IMG/VR virus record: IMGVR_UViG_3300021339_000006
Coordinates: 1 to 64,000 of that record
Reading direction: 5' to 3' (one strand)
Source of the DNA: a virus
DNA: 64,000 nt
In this document: one piece after another, positions 63,664 to 64,000 of the stretch
Layout of the letters: each line of letters begins with the position of its first letter
Position numbering within the stretch: the stretch's first letter is position 1
The notes under the pieces: model-generated
Seen by the model: the letters and a program-made list of their open reading frames with translations, nothing else
Told to the model about the DNA's origin: nothing
Databases searched by the model: none
Made by a program: the position numbers and the translations under genes

Positions 63664-64000
63664 TCAGAACGTGGAAAGGAGGCAGGGACAAGCGATTCCC
63701 AAGTTCCCTGCTGTCCACACGTTGTCTGTGTCTGCCCACTCGCCATCTCGAAGGAATACCCAGTTCAGACGGTAAATACCCATCTTCTTTTCGTCCGACG
63801 TTTGATTGATCCCGCACATGCCAGTCACGTGCGCGTTCTTGCGCTTGTCCTCAGAAAAGTCCTTCTTGCGTATCATCCTCGAATCGTAAGCCGTCGCCGC
63901 TGCCTGGGTAGCGGTAACGACCAAGCAGTGGTTGTCCAAAGAAACCCGACGCATGATCTTCCACGATTCGTTCACCTGGTGTCGGTATTCCATGGACTTG
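63664..64000 (-). CDS. replicative helicase C-terminus (DnaB/gp41-like), truncated by window
   Basis: LVVTATQ, DFSED.RK, INQ...EK, R motifs. Confidence 0.75.
   Translation of the reverse strand, partial: KSMEYRHQVNESWKIMRRVSLDNHCLVVTATQAAATAYDSRMIRKKDFSEDKRKNAHVTGMCGINQTSDEKKMGIYRLNWVFLRDGEWADTDNVWTAGNLGIACPCLLSTF

Noticed and set aside
1-64000. Prophage, integrase, transposase, or stop-codon reassignment
   Set aside because: No integrase, transposase or host flanks seen; genes tile normally using all three stop codons.

Overview
This window is 64 kb of a tailed dsDNA phage genome (siphovirus-type tail: tape measure, DUF1833, NlpC/P60, TipJ). Every credible gene is on the minus strand. In transcription order (high to low coordinates) it contains: (1) the end of a DnaB/gp41-like helicase and a 7-deazaguanine DNA-modification module (queD, queE, folE, dpdA, with queC about 20 kb away); (2) a replication/recombination module (beta-clamp, UDG-3'-5' exonuclease, family A polymerase, DnaX-like loader, Nudix, UvsY-like, gp32-like SSB, RecA/UvsX, 5'-3' exonuclease, resolvase); (3) small accessory genes, queC and the terminase genes; (4) more accessory genes, a ~300-nt structured non-coding block with a tRNA-like element, thyX, Nmad1-like and TSCPD; (5) portal and head morphogenesis genes, then a six-enzyme glycan synthesis/tailoring island ahead of the protease and capsid genes; (6) neck and tail genes, a receiver-domain/membrane-protein cassette and the tail tip. 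Best candidates for new biology: the glycosylation island among the head genes, an apparently split and order-inverted DpdA, the structured ncRNA cluster and several dispersed intergenic repeats. Protein motifs hint at a Verrucomicrobia host. All family calls come from recognising motifs by eye; no database searches were run.
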